Shown here in pieces: positions 9,844 to 18,907 of a DNA stretch of 64,000 bases. Source of the stretch: Pseudomonadota bacterium (GTDB lineage: Bacteria > Myxococcota_A > UBA796 > UBA9615). Under the pieces are notes generated by a model. The model worked only from the letters and a program-made list of their open reading frames with translations, had not been told where the DNA came from and ran no database searches. The stretch's first letter is position 1, and every line of letters begins with the position of its first letter. The DNA lies in contig JAAESI010000275.1 of the NCBI GenBank assembly GCA_024229515.1, forward strand, positions 131,181 to 195,180, given 5' to 3'. A program made the position numbers and the translations under genes.

Positions 9844-10417
9844 TCCCGCGGCTGGCCACGGTGCGCTCGAACATCGTCCGCGCCAGCGCCTCCAGCGGCT
9901 CCGCGACCGCCGCTCCATCCACCGCCCGGAGCAGCCAACAGACCGCATCGAGGGTGGACATGCCGCCGGGGCGGGACTCGTCGCGCAGCGACCACCGCGC
10001 CATCGCCTCGGGAGGGAGCCCCACCCGGGGGAGGTCGCGAAGGGCGTCGACCCGCGCGATCTTGCGCGCCTGTGGCCAGGTCCCGTCCGGCACGACCAGG
10101 GTCACCGGCCCGTCGGTCGGCAGCGTCTCGGGGCCGACCGCGTCGTCCGATGGAAACAGCACCCACGCCGGCGCCGTGATCGTCGGCGGCGGGTCCAACG
10201 GACCGATGCGGGAGTGGAACGTCGCCACCTGCGCGTCCGCGATGCCCAGGGCCGCGAGCCGCCCCGTGTTGGTGGTCTTGTGGCCTTCGGAGCGGTGCTG
10301 CACGACCACCCAGTTCGCCCGGGAGGCGACCGACGGGATGTGATCGCAGATGCACCGCTCGGTGTGCATTCGGCAGCCGATGCAGCGGGTGGCGCGCTTG
10401 TTCCGGCGCCCCCCCAT
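9827..10417 (-). CDS. DTW-domain tRNA aminocarboxypropyltransferase family protein
   Basis: N-terminal CxxC...CxC (RCIGC...CIC), HxxE..K.TNTG, PDGTW motif, STLDA; ATG overlaps the upstream stop (TGATG). Confidence 0.88.
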   Translation of the reverse strand: MGGRRNKRATRCIGCRMHTERCICDHIPSVASRANWVVVQHRSEGHKTTNTGRLAALGIADAQVATFHSRIGPLDPPPTITAPAWVLFPSDDAVGPETLPTDGPVTLVVPDGTWPQARKIARVDALRDLPRVGLPPEAMARWSLRDESRPGGMSTLDAVCWLLRAVDGAAVAEPLEALARTMFERTVASRGIRPPT

Positions 10418-11874
10418 CAGAACTCGAAGAGCTCGGCCAGGAGGGCGACGCCGTAGCCGGTGCCGCGGTCCTCGGACTCCACCGGGCCGGCCATGTCGAC
10501 GTGCAGCCAGGCGCCGTCCCAATCGGCGTCGAGGTGCTCGGCGACGAACTGCCCCGCGCAGGAGGTCTGCGCGTTCATCCGGTCCTTCACCGAGTTCTTC
10601 AGGTCCGCGCACTCGCTCCGGAACTCCTTGCGGAACAGCTCCGGGCAGTACGGCAGGGCCCACGTCAGGTCGCCGCTGCGCCGGCCCGCGAGCACCGCGC
10701 GAGCTTCCAGGTCGGCGTTGTTGCAGACCAGCGCGGCGTGCCGCTTCCCGGTGGCGATCAGCTGCGCGCCCGTGAGGGTCGCCATGTCGACGATGACATC
10801 GGGGCTGAGGTGCTGGCTGGCGTACGCGACGCCGTCTCCAAGCACGAGCCGGCCCTCGGCGTCGGTGTTGTTCACCTCCACCGTCTTGCCGGAGTACATC
10901 GCGAGGATGTCGTCGGGGCGCGTGGCGTCGGGGCCGACCGAGTTCTCCGCGAGGCACAGCAGGCAGTGGAGGTTGTCCTTGAACCCGCCTCGGACCGCCG
11001 CGGCGAAGGCGCCGAGCATGCCGGCGGCGCCGCCCATGTCGATCTTCATGCCGGGCATGTGATCCTTGCCCTTGAGGCTCAGGCCGCCGGTGTCGTAGAC
11101 GATGCCTTTGCCCACCAGCGCGATCGTCTGCTCCGCCCCCGCGGGGGTGTGGGACAGGATCGCCAGCTTGGGCCCGTGGGTGGCCGCCTTGCCGACGCCC
11201 CAGAGGCCGCCGAAGCCGCCGTCGCGGATGGCGTCGCTGTCGATGATCTTGATGTCGGCGCCCACGTCCTTGGCGACCGCCTCCGCCTCGGCGGCGAACG
11301 CCGTGGTGTTCAGCACCGACGGCGGGGTGTCCACGAGCCGGCCGGCGAGGCGGGCTCCGTCGGAGACGCGCTGGACCCGGTCGAGGTCGATCTCGCCGAA
11401 CAGCGGGAGCAGCCCGATGGCCACGCTGCGCTCCTCGTCGTCGCTCCCCTTGCCGTTGAAGAGGGAGAAGGCGCGCGCGGCCGCGACCCCTCCCGCGAGC
11501 GCGTCGGCGGCATCCTCAAGGACCACCACGATGCCGACCCGCGTCGCCCCCACCGCGGCCTTGCGCACCAGCGACGTCAGCGCGTCGGGGCGCAGCGCGC
11601 AGTTGTGGTGGGAGGCGCTGTCGGGGAGCACGCAGGCGACGAGCTTGCTCGGCAGGTCGCGGTCGGTCCACGTGGTCGTCGACGCACCCGCGTCGCCGGG
11701 GGAGACACCATCGACCATGCGCTCCCAGGGGCCCAGATCGGAGACCGACGCGCCGCCGAAGGAAGCCTCCAGGACCTCCTTGGAACGCAGGGCGTCGGCG
11801 TGTCCGACGAGGATGAGGGTGTCGGCGCCAGAGGCGGCATCAACAGGGGTCGTGAGGCTCAGGGAGACGGGCAT
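10417..11874 (-). CDS. M17 leucyl aminopeptidase family protein (NPEPL1-like)
   Basis: GKGIVYDTGG, MKIDMGG, NTDAEGRL and DMATLTG metal-binding motifs. Confidence 0.93.
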   Translation of the reverse strand: MPVSLSLTTPVDAASGADTLILVGHADALRSKEVLEASFGGASVSDLGPWERMVDGVSPGDAGASTTTWTDRDLPSKLVACVLPDSASHHNCALRPDALTSLVRKAAVGATRVGIVVVLEDAADALAGGVAAARAFSLFNGKGSDDEERSVAIGLLPLFGEIDLDRVQRVSDGARLAGRLVDTPPSVLNTTAFAAEAEAVAKDVGADIKIIDSDAIRDGGFGGLWGVGKAATHGPKLAILSHTPAGAEQTIALVGKGIVYDTGGLSLKGKDHMPGMKIDMGGAAGMLGAFAAAVRGGFKDNLHCLLCLAENSVGPDATRPDDILAMYSGKTVEVNNTDAEGRLVLGDGVAYASQHLSPDVIVDMATLTGAQLIATGKRHAALVCNNADLEARAVLAGRRSGDLTWALPYCPELFRKEFRSECADLKNSVKDRMNAQTSCAGQFVAEHLDADWDGAWLHVDMAGPVESEDRGTGYGVALLAELFEF

Positions 11875-11905
11875 CGGCGACTCATAGAGCGCCGCCCTGC
11901 CCCGG

Positions 11906-12778
11906 TCAAGGACACAACTCCGGGTGGGCCTCCACGAAGGCGTCGATCAACTCGTCCGGGCGCACCGGAGCGGGCGCCGGCAGCAGCCCCAGATCCGCCG
12001 CGATCCGGCCGAGCACGTCTTCCCCTTGCGCCCCTTGCTCGCGAAGCTCCGTCAGCGCCGGGCTCCCCTTGGATTTGGCCAACCGGTCTCCATCGTCGTC
12101 GACCCGCAGGGGCACATGGGCGAACGTCGGGGGCTCGGCCCCGAGCCAGCGGTACAGCAGCAGCTGCCGGCCGGTCGAGTCCAGCAGGTCGGCTCCGCGG
12201 AGCACGTGGGTGATGCCCATGGCGATGTCGTCGGCGACGCACGCCAGTTGGTAGACGTGGTCGCCGTTCTTGGCCCGCACGATGAAGTCCGTGGGCCGCT
12301 CGGAGCACGGGCCGACGACCTGGTCCACCCACGCCACGAGGCTTCCGTCGGTCCGTGCGCGCACCGAATGGGGCCCCTCGGGACGGGCGGCGTCGTGCCG
12401 GCAGGTTCCGGGGTAGGCGATCTCCCCCCGATGGTCCGCCCCCACGCCCGCGGCTACGCGGATCTCCTTGCGGCTGCAGGTGCAGCCGTAGGTGCGGCCG
12501 CTCAGGGCTTCGAGCGCCTCCTCGTAGTGAGAGAACCGCTCGCTCTGGACGGCGTACTCGTCCCAGTCGAAGCCCAGCCACGCCAGGTCCTCGACGATGT
12601 TGGCGGTCGCTTCGGCGCGGCTCCGCCCGCGGTCGACGTCCTCGATGCGCAGCACCAACTCGCCCCCCGCGGACCTCACCTGGAGCCAGCACAGGAGCAT
12701 CGTCTGGGCGTGACCCAGGTGGAGAGATCCCGTGGGTGACGGCGCGAATCGCCCCCGAACCTTGCGCTGGCCCGTCAT
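11906..12778 (-). CDS. gluQ: Glutamyl-queuosine tRNA(Asp) synthetase (truncated GluRS paralog)
   Basis: RFAPSPTGSLHLGH (HIGH-like), LRIED, CTCSRK, YQLACVADD, RLAK (KMSKS-like); 290 aa with no anticodon-binding domain. Confidence 0.85.
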   Translation of the reverse strand: MTGQRKVRGRFAPSPTGSLHLGHAQTMLLCWLQVRSAGGELVLRIEDVDRGRSRAEATANIVEDLAWLGFDWDEYAVQSERFSHYEEALEALSGRTYGCTCSRKEIRVAAGVGADHRGEIAYPGTCRHDAARPEGPHSVRARTDGSLVAWVDQVVGPCSERPTDFIVRAKNGDHVYQLACVADDIAMGITHVLRGADLLDSTGRQLLLYRWLGAEPPTFAHVPLRVDDDGDRLAKSKGSPALTELREQGAQGEDVLGRIAADLGLLPAPAPVRPDELIDAFVEAHPELCP

Positions 12779-12795
12779 GCCTTCAGGATATCCCC

Positions 12796-13377
12796 ATGGT
12801 GCGCATCGGCCTGCTCGGAGGATCGTTCAATCCTCCCCACCTCTGCCACGTCCGGCTGTCGGAGTACGTCCTCCAGTCGGGCGCCGTCGACGCCGTGTGG
12901 TGGCTCCCCGTGCACCGCCACGCCTTCGACAAGGACGCAAGCCTCGCTTCCTGGGACGACCGGCTGGCGATGGCGGAGGCCGCGGTCGCGGACCACCCGG
13001 ACCTGCACGTCGACCCCATCGAGTCGACCCTGGCGCCGCCCAGCTACACGGTCCACACCATCGCGGCGCTGCGCGAGCGTCACCCCGAACACACCTTCGT
13101 CTGGCTGGCGGGCGCGGACATCCTCCCCGAACTGCACCTGTGGCACCGCTGGTCGGAGCTGCGGGAGCTGCTCGAGTTCTTGATCGTGGGGCGGGGCGAT
13201 CGAGCCAGGGACGCGCCCGAGGGGGCCCGCATCGACGTGCGCGACTTCACGCTGCCGGACATCTCGTCGTCGCAAGTCCGCCGACGCCTCGCCGCCGGGG
13301 ACCGCGCCGCCGCCCGCGAACTCGTCCCCGCTGCCGTCGCCGACTGGCTGGACGCGCACCCCGACGTCTACGCGTGA
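12796..13377 (+). CDS. nadD: Nicotinate-nucleotide adenylyltransferase
   Basis: GLLGGSFNPPHLCH, SYTVHT, GAD, W..W, ISSSQVR motifs; ATG at 12796. Confidence 0.92.
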   Translation: MVRIGLLGGSFNPPHLCHVRLSEYVLQSGAVDAVWWLPVHRHAFDKDASLASWDDRLAMAEAAVADHPDLHVDPIESTLAPPSYTVHTIAALRERHPEHTFVWLAGADILPELHLWHRWSELRELLEFLIVGRGDRARDAPEGARIDVRDFTLPDISSSQVRRRLAAGDRAAARELVPAAVADWLDAHPDVYA

Positions 13378-14339
13378 CCGACGACCGCCCCAAGCTCCAC
13401 CCGATCGTGGGCACCCCGCTGATCGTGCTCGTGGCGGTGGCGGCGGCGCTCGTAGCGACGGTCGTGCTGATCGCGATCGGCGCCGGAGCAGTGGCGGTCA
13501 CCGAGTCGGATCTGGATGCGCTCCAGTGGGCCCAGCGGAGGCCGCTGCTGGGGATCCTCGTCACCTGGCTGTTCGTCGTCCCCGCCCTGATCGTGTTCGG
13601 CCGCTGGCTGACCGCGCTGTCCCCGCGTGACATGGGCCTGCACCAGGCCGGCTCGTCCCGGCTGTTCATCGTGGGAGGCGTGCTCGGCGCCGCGACCCTG
13701 CTCGCCCCCGCCCTCCTCGGGCGCGCCGTCGGCTGGGTGGAGCCGACGACCTCGACCCTGAACCCCAGCGGCGCGGCGGCCCTGGGGGGTGTGCTGTTCG
13801 CCGTGCCCGCCCTCGCCGTCGCCGCCTTCGGGGAGGAGTTGGCGTTCCGCGGGGTGTTCCTGCCGTATTGGCAGCGGGCCGCAGGAGGTCCCGCCGCGCT
13901 GATCGTGACGGCGTTGCTGTTCGTGCTCCTGCACGGCCTCAACCCGAACGCCAGCGCCCTGGGCTGGGCCGGCATCTTCCTCGCGGGGATCTGGTTGGGG
14001 GTCGCTTTTCAGGTCACGCAGAGCCTGTGGTTCGCCACCGGGCTGCACCTGGGGTGGAACGTGGCGACCTCGCTGATCCTGGGCTTCCGGGTGTCCGGCT
14101 TCGAGCTGCCGTCGCTGCTGCGCTGGCAGACGGTGGACTCACCGTTGGCGGAGCGGCTGCTGGGAGGCAGCTTCGGTCCGGAGGAAGGCATCGCCTTCCA
14201 CTTGTCGCTGACGGTATCGCTGGTCGTCGTGCTGGTGCTGGGGACGTTCGTGGCGCCTACGGATCGCCCAGAAGGAGCGTCGCCGGCAGATCCTGCATCT
14301 CCGCCGTCCCGTCCCCTTCCCCCAGGTACGCCGCAATGA
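13374..14339 (+). CDS. CPBP (CAAX/Abi) family intramembrane glutamic protease
   Basis: EELAFRG, FVLLH, HLGWN motifs and multiple TMs; GTG overlaps the nadD stop. Confidence 0.88.
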   Translation: MTDDRPKLHPIVGTPLIVLVAVAAALVATVVLIAIGAGAVAVTESDLDALQWAQRRPLLGILVTWLFVVPALIVFGRWLTALSPRDMGLHQAGSSRLFIVGGVLGAATLLAPALLGRAVGWVEPTTSTLNPSGAAALGGVLFAVPALAVAAFGEELAFRGVFLPYWQRAAGGPAALIVTALLFVLLHGLNPNASALGWAGIFLAGIWLGVAFQVTQSLWFATGLHLGWNVATSLILGFRVSGFELPSLLRWQTVDSPLAERLLGGSFGPEEGIAFHLSLTVSLVVVLVLGTFVAPTDRPEGASPADPASPPSRPLPPGTPQ

Positions 14340-14769
14340 ACGCGCGAGTGCCGGGGGCGACCTTGCTGTCGAGGTGGAGGTAGAGCTCCGTCCCCTCGTG
14401 GTCCCAGGTCAGGTCGACGGCTCGTATTTGAAGGTAGCCAAAACCGCCTGCGCCTTGAACGACGCCGAAGCGGACGCGCTGGGCCAACCACTCGGGGACT
14501 TTGTCTTGCAGTCCGGGGTCGGCGGGGATCACGTAGTTGCTGACGACGTGAACGGTGCGGCGGGTGTGAAGTTGGTAGGTGTCGATCGATTCGACGAAGT
14601 TGCGGACCGCGCGAACAGCGGCGCGGCGGCGAAGGGTGAAGTCGATCCCGCCTGGCTCCTCAACGGGGAGCGCGATCAACTTGGGAGTACTTCGCCGGCC
14701 GAAGAGCCGGGCGAAGAAACCAGGCCTGGCAGCCCGATTCAGATCGATGCGTCGCTTGCCGCTCGCCAT
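14257..14769 (-). CDS. Hypothetical protein
   Basis: ATG at 14769 with upstream AGGAG; natural-looking sequence; 3' end overlaps the CPBP gene convergently by 83 bp. Confidence 0.55.
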   Translation of the reverse strand: MASGKRRIDLNRAARPGFFARLFGRRSTPKLIALPVEEPGGIDFTLRRRAAVRAVRNFVESIDTYQLHTRRTVHVVSNYVIPADPGLQDKVPEWLAQRVRFGVVQGAGGFGYLQIRAVDLTWDHEGTELYLHLDSKVAPGTRAFIAAYLGEGDGTAEMQDLPATLLLGDP

Positions 14770-14852
14770 GGGGTCGATGGATCTCCTACTACTGATAATA
14801 GAGGCCAAGGGGTGTCGCTCCAAGGTGTGAGACGGCTGACCCCCGATCTTCT

Positions 14853-16802
14853 TCAATCGCGGCGGCGAACCAGGCCCAGGATCAGGAGCGCGAGTCCCCC
14901 CACGACGGGCGAGGCGCTGGCGGTCGAGGCGTTGCACGCACAGCCGAACGTGGTCGACCGGCTGGTCGCGGCGTCCGCGTCGGTGCCCTGCACGCCCTCG
15001 TCGTCGTCCCACCAGGCGTCGTCGGCGGAGTCGTCGTCGTCGCCGACGGAGTCCGAGTCATCGTCATCGGAGACGTCGTCGTCGTCGGTGGCGTCGTCGT
15101 CGTCGTCGTCGTCGGGACCGTCGTCGTCATCGTCGGTGGCGTCGTCGTCATCGGAGACGTCGTCGTCATCGGAGACGTCGTCGTCATCGCCCGGGGGCAG
15201 CGGGTCTTCGCCGTCGCAGTCCTGGTCGATGCCGTCACCGGGGATGTCGGTGGCGGCGGGGTTGATCGAGGCGTCCGCGTCGTCGCAGTCGGCCGGATCG
15301 TCGCAGGCGAGCCAGCCGTCACCGTCGCCGTCGATCAGGTCGGCGTTGATGCCGTCGCAGTCGCTGTCGGCGCCGTCGCAGATCTCCGGGGCGCCCGGGT
15401 AGATGAAGATGTCGCCGTCGTCGCAGTCGCCGTCGCAGGTGAGGAAGCCGTCGCCGTCCAGGTCGAAGCCTTCGTCGACCACGAGGTCGCAGTCGTTGTC
15501 CACGAAGTCGCAGATCTCGACCGCGCCGGGGAAGACGCCGGCGTCGCTGTCGTCGCAGTCGCCGTCGCACGCCTCGTAGCCGTCACCGTCGGCGTCGAAG
15601 CCCTCGTCGGCGTTGCCGTCGCAGTCGTTGTCGGCCGAGTCGCAGATCTCGGGGGCGCCGGGGTTGATGGCGGCGTTGGTGTCGTTGCAGTCGCCCGCGC
15701 AGGTGGTCCAGCCGTCGCCGTCGCCGTCGAAGCCCTCGTCGACGTTGCCGTCGCAGTCCTGGTCGATCCCGTCGCAGACCTCGGTCGCGCCGGGGGAGAT
15801 GCCGGCGTTGTTGTCCACGCAGTCGCCGCCGCAGGTGGTCCAGCCGTCGCCGTCGCCGTCGAAGCCTTCGTCGACGCTGCCGTCGCAGTCCTGGTCGAGG
15901 CCGTCGCACGCCTCGGAGGCGCCCGGGTTGATGCTGGCGTTGTTGTCCAGGCAGTCGCCCGCGCAGGTGGTCCAGCCGTCGCCGTCGTTGTCGTAGCCCT
16001 CGTCGATGCTGCCGTCGCAGTCGTTGTCGATCGAGTCACACGCCTCGGCCATGCCGGGGTTGATCGAGGGGTTGCCGTCGTCGCAGTCGGTGCTCGCGTC
16101 CCAGCCGTCGCCGTCGGCGTCCGTCACCGGGGGCGGCGGGTAGAAGCCGATGCCGTAGCCGTCGGTCAGGAGCGAGGAGCTGTTGCAGCTGGGGCTCAGG
16201 AGCGCGCCGCCGTAGATGCCGACCGAGGCGGAGGCGCCGTTGGTGTAGGTCGAGCTCCCCAGGTCGGTGTCCAGGTAGACGAACTCGATGTGGTCGTCGA
16301 CGTCGTGGAGCTGGACTTCGAGGGTCACGTCGCCGGTGCCGGCGAAGTTCTCGATGTAGTACCACTCGGCGATGAACACGAGGTTGCCGCCGGGGTCGGT
16401 GCCGGTGCCCGCGTAGACGCCCAGGGAGTTGGTCGCGCTGGGGTCGAGGTCGTCCCAGAAGGGGGCCGCGATGTCGTTGCCGTAGTTGCTCAGCGGGCAC
16501 TGGTTGATGAAGCTCAGCGTGCTGCCGCCGGTCCCGAACGTGATGGCGCCATTGGAGTGCACGCGCACGTCCGTGTAGGTGATCCCATAGAACTCGAACG
16601 AGAAGCCGAGCGCGACCACCTGACTGTCGTCATCGCCCAGACCGAGGGGGCTGCCGGGGGCGTAGTAGTAGGTGCCCGGGGGGCCGGATGGGTCGTTCGT
16701 GTCCGCCCAGGTGTAGCCCCAGGCGTCCGGTCCACCGTTGGCGGCCGCCGCCACGGAGGGGAGGGCGAGCATGAATGGGAGGATCCACCGCAACCGCGAC
16801 AA
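14853..16802 (-). CDS. Cell-surface protein: NIDO-like N-terminal domain, 7 MopE-related Cys/Asp repeats, poly-Asp stalk, MYXO-CTERM-like anchor
   Basis: Signal peptide; GGPDAWGYTW..., FEFYG..Y..V.V.SNG, APFWDDL; repeats DGDGW...DC.D...INPGA.E.CD..D.DCDG; C-terminal GCAC + TM + RRR. Confidence 0.85.
   Translation of the reverse strand: MSRLRWILPFMLALPSVAAAANGGPDAWGYTWADTNDPSGPPGTYYYAPGSPLGLGDDDSQVVALGFSFEFYGITYTDVRVHSNGAITFGTGGSTLSFINQCPLSNYGNDIAAPFWDDLDPSATNSLGVYAGTGTDPGGNLVFIAEWYYIENFAGTGDVTLEVQLHDVDDHIEFVYLDTDLGSSTYTNGASASVGIYGGALLSPSCNSSSLLTDGYGIGFYPPPPVTDADGDGWDASTDCDDGNPSINPGMAEACDSIDNDCDGSIDEGYDNDGDGWTTCAGDCLDNNASINPGASEACDGLDQDCDGSVDEGFDGDGDGWTTCGGDCVDNNAGISPGATEVCDGIDQDCDGNVDEGFDGDGDGWTTCAGDCNDTNAAINPGAPEICDSADNDCDGNADEGFDADGDGYEACDGDCDDSDAGVFPGAVEICDFVDNDCDLVVDEGFDLDGDGFLTCDGDCDDGDIFIYPGAPEICDGADSDCDGINADLIDGDGDGWLACDDPADCDDADASINPAATDIPGDGIDQDCDGEDPLPPGDDDDVSDDDDVSDDDDATDDDDDGPDDDDDDDATDDDDVSDDDDSDSVGDDDDSADDAWWDDDEGVQGTDADAATSRSTTFGCACNASTASASPVVGGLALLILGLVRRRD
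15204..16121 (-). repeat. Seven tandem ~132-bp (44-aa) coding repeats of a putative metal-binding (MopE-related) motif
   Basis: Counted in the translation; nucleotide period of 132 bp visible (e.g. 15721 vs 15853). Confidence 0.85.
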
Positions 16803-16865
16803 CCTACCTTGAGATCGCGCTCACGCGCGGGTACAAACCGGGCCCCACCAACGGAGCCCCGCCTG

Positions 16866-18845
16866 ATGCTTCGCCTCGCGTACGAGCCCGCCCAGCTTTC
16901 CGCCAATCACCTCAGCACCCTGGACCGGCTCCGCGCCGAGGCCTGCACGGACATCCTCTCGATGACCACGCTGGCCGGTTGCGGCCACCCCGGTGGGTCG
17001 ATGTCGACGCTCGATGCGTTGCTCCTGATCTACGCCAACGCCAACGTCACGGCGGATGCTCCGATGGCCCCCACCCGGGACCGCGTGATCATCAGCCACG
17101 GCCACATCTCGCCCGGCACCTACTCGGCGCTGGCGCAGTTCGGCTTCTGCGATCGGGACCAGGCGGTGCGCGAGTTCCGCACGTTCGGATCCATCTTCGG
17201 CGGCCACATCGAGCAGGGCGTGCCCGGCGTCGAGTGGAACACCGGCAACCTCGGTCAGGGACTGTCCGCCGCGGTCGGCTCCGCCATCGGGGCCCGCCTC
17301 GCGGCCGCCGATCCGAGCAAGGACCTGCGCGAGCAGGACGGCTTCGCCTGGCGCACCTACTGCCTCATGGGCGACGGCGAGCAGCAGAAGGGCCAGATCA
17401 GCGAAGCCCGCCGCCTCGCGGTGAAGTACGGCTGCAACAACGTGCTCGCGTACGTGGACCTCAACGGCCTCCAGATCGGCGGCACCATCGACTCCGTGAT
17501 GCCCCAGCAGATCGTCGCGGGCTGGGCCAGCGACGGCTGGAACGTGCTCGAGGCCGACGGCCACGACTGGCAGGCGATGTACAGCGCGATGCGGGCGTTC
17601 CAGACCGGGGACGTCGCCGACCCGAGCAAGCCCACCGTGATCATCGCGACCACCGTGATGGGCAAGGGCGTCGGGTTCATGGAGAACCTGCACAAGTGGC
17701 ACGGCCAGACGCTGCCGATGGACGACTGCCGCAAGGCCATCGCGGAGCTGGGCGGCGAGGATCGCCTCGACCGGCTCGCGGCCGAGCGGGCGGCGATGCC
17801 CGAGCGCGGCTTCGACCACCCCTTCCCGCTGGTCCCCCCGCCAGAGCTGATCGTCGGCGCGCCGATCGTCTACCCCACGGACGCCAAGACCGACTGCCGG
17901 TCGGCCTACGGCAACGTGATGAAGGAGCTCGCCGGAGCCAACAACCAGGAGTCGATCAAGATCGCCGCCTTCAGCGCGGATCTGGAGGGCTCGGTGAAGC
18001 TCAACGGCTTCCACGCCGCGGCCCCCGCCGGCTTCATCGAGGGCGGCATCCAGGAGCACAACAGCGCCACCGCGTCGGGGCGGCTGAGCCGGGAAGGCTT
18101 CAGCGTCTTCTTCAGCACGTTCGGCATCTTCGGCGTGACCGAGGTCTTCAACCAGCAGCGGCTCAACGGGTTCAACAAGAGCAACCTCAAGCTCGTCTGC
18201 ACGCATTGCGGCACGGACGTCGGCGAGGACGGCCCGACCCACCAGGTGATCGACTACGCGGGCCTGCTCCGCTCGACCTTCGACTGGGAGATCGCGGTCC
18301 CCGGCGACCCCAACCAGTGCGACCGCATCATCCGGAACATCGCCGGCCGCCCCGGCAACCAGTTCGTCGGCATGGGCCGAAGCAAGCTCCACCCCATCGC
18401 GAAGGCAGACGGCAGCGGCCCCTTCTACGACGGCAGCGTCGGCTTCGAGCCGGGCCGCGCCGACGTGCTCCGTGAGGGTGACGCGGGCGCGATCCTGGCG
18501 GTCGGTCCGACGGTCGCGTTCGCCGTGAAGGCCCACGACCTCATCTTCGACAAGCTCGGCAAGCGGGTGCGCGTAGTCAACATGGCCAGCCTCGCCCCCT
18601 ACGACGGCGCCGCCATCGCCGCCGCCGCGGCCGCCGGCTACGTGCTCACGGCCGAGGACCACCACCCCGACACCGGCCTCGGCGGCCTCGTCGCGTTGCA
18701 CCTCGCGGACGAGGGGATCAGCACCCGGCTGGAGCGCGCGGGCGTGGACCAGTGGTCGATGAGCGGCCCCCCGCCGGCCATCTTCAAGGCCTACCGTCTG
18801 GACGCCGAGGGGCTCGCCGCGCGGGTGATTCGGGCGCTCACGTAA
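16866..18845 (+). CDS. tkt: Transketolase
   Basis: GHPGGSMS, SHGH, TGNLGQG, GDGE..KG TPP-binding motif, GIQEH, GEDGPTHQ; ATG at 16866 after GGAG. Confidence 0.93.
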   Translation: MLRLAYEPAQLSANHLSTLDRLRAEACTDILSMTTLAGCGHPGGSMSTLDALLLIYANANVTADAPMAPTRDRVIISHGHISPGTYSALAQFGFCDRDQAVREFRTFGSIFGGHIEQGVPGVEWNTGNLGQGLSAAVGSAIGARLAAADPSKDLREQDGFAWRTYCLMGDGEQQKGQISEARRLAVKYGCNNVLAYVDLNGLQIGGTIDSVMPQQIVAGWASDGWNVLEADGHDWQAMYSAMRAFQTGDVADPSKPTVIIATTVMGKGVGFMENLHKWHGQTLPMDDCRKAIAELGGEDRLDRLAAERAAMPERGFDHPFPLVPPPELIVGAPIVYPTDAKTDCRSAYGNVMKELAGANNQESIKIAAFSADLEGSVKLNGFHAAAPAGFIEGGIQEHNSATASGRLSREGFSVFFSTFGIFGVTEVFNQQRLNGFNKSNLKLVCTHCGTDVGEDGPTHQVIDYAGLLRSTFDWEIAVPGDPNQCDRIIRNIAGRPGNQFVGMGRSKLHPIAKADGSGPFYDGSVGFEPGRADVLREGDAGAILAVGPTVAFAVKAHDLIFDKLGKRVRVVNMASLAPYDGAAIAAAAAAGYVLTAEDHHPDTGLGGLVALHLADEGISTRLERAGVDQWSMSGPPPAIFKAYRLDAEGLAARVIRALT

Positions 18846-18907
18846 CCGGGCGCCTCGCTCAGGGTCACTGCTACATTCCCCCCGCTCGCACGGAGCATCC
18901 GGAGATC

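Noticed and set aside
14257..14850. Apparently lower-GC patch as a horizontally acquired element
   Set aside because: Only a visual impression; no flanking repeats, integrase or transposase, and GC was not computed.
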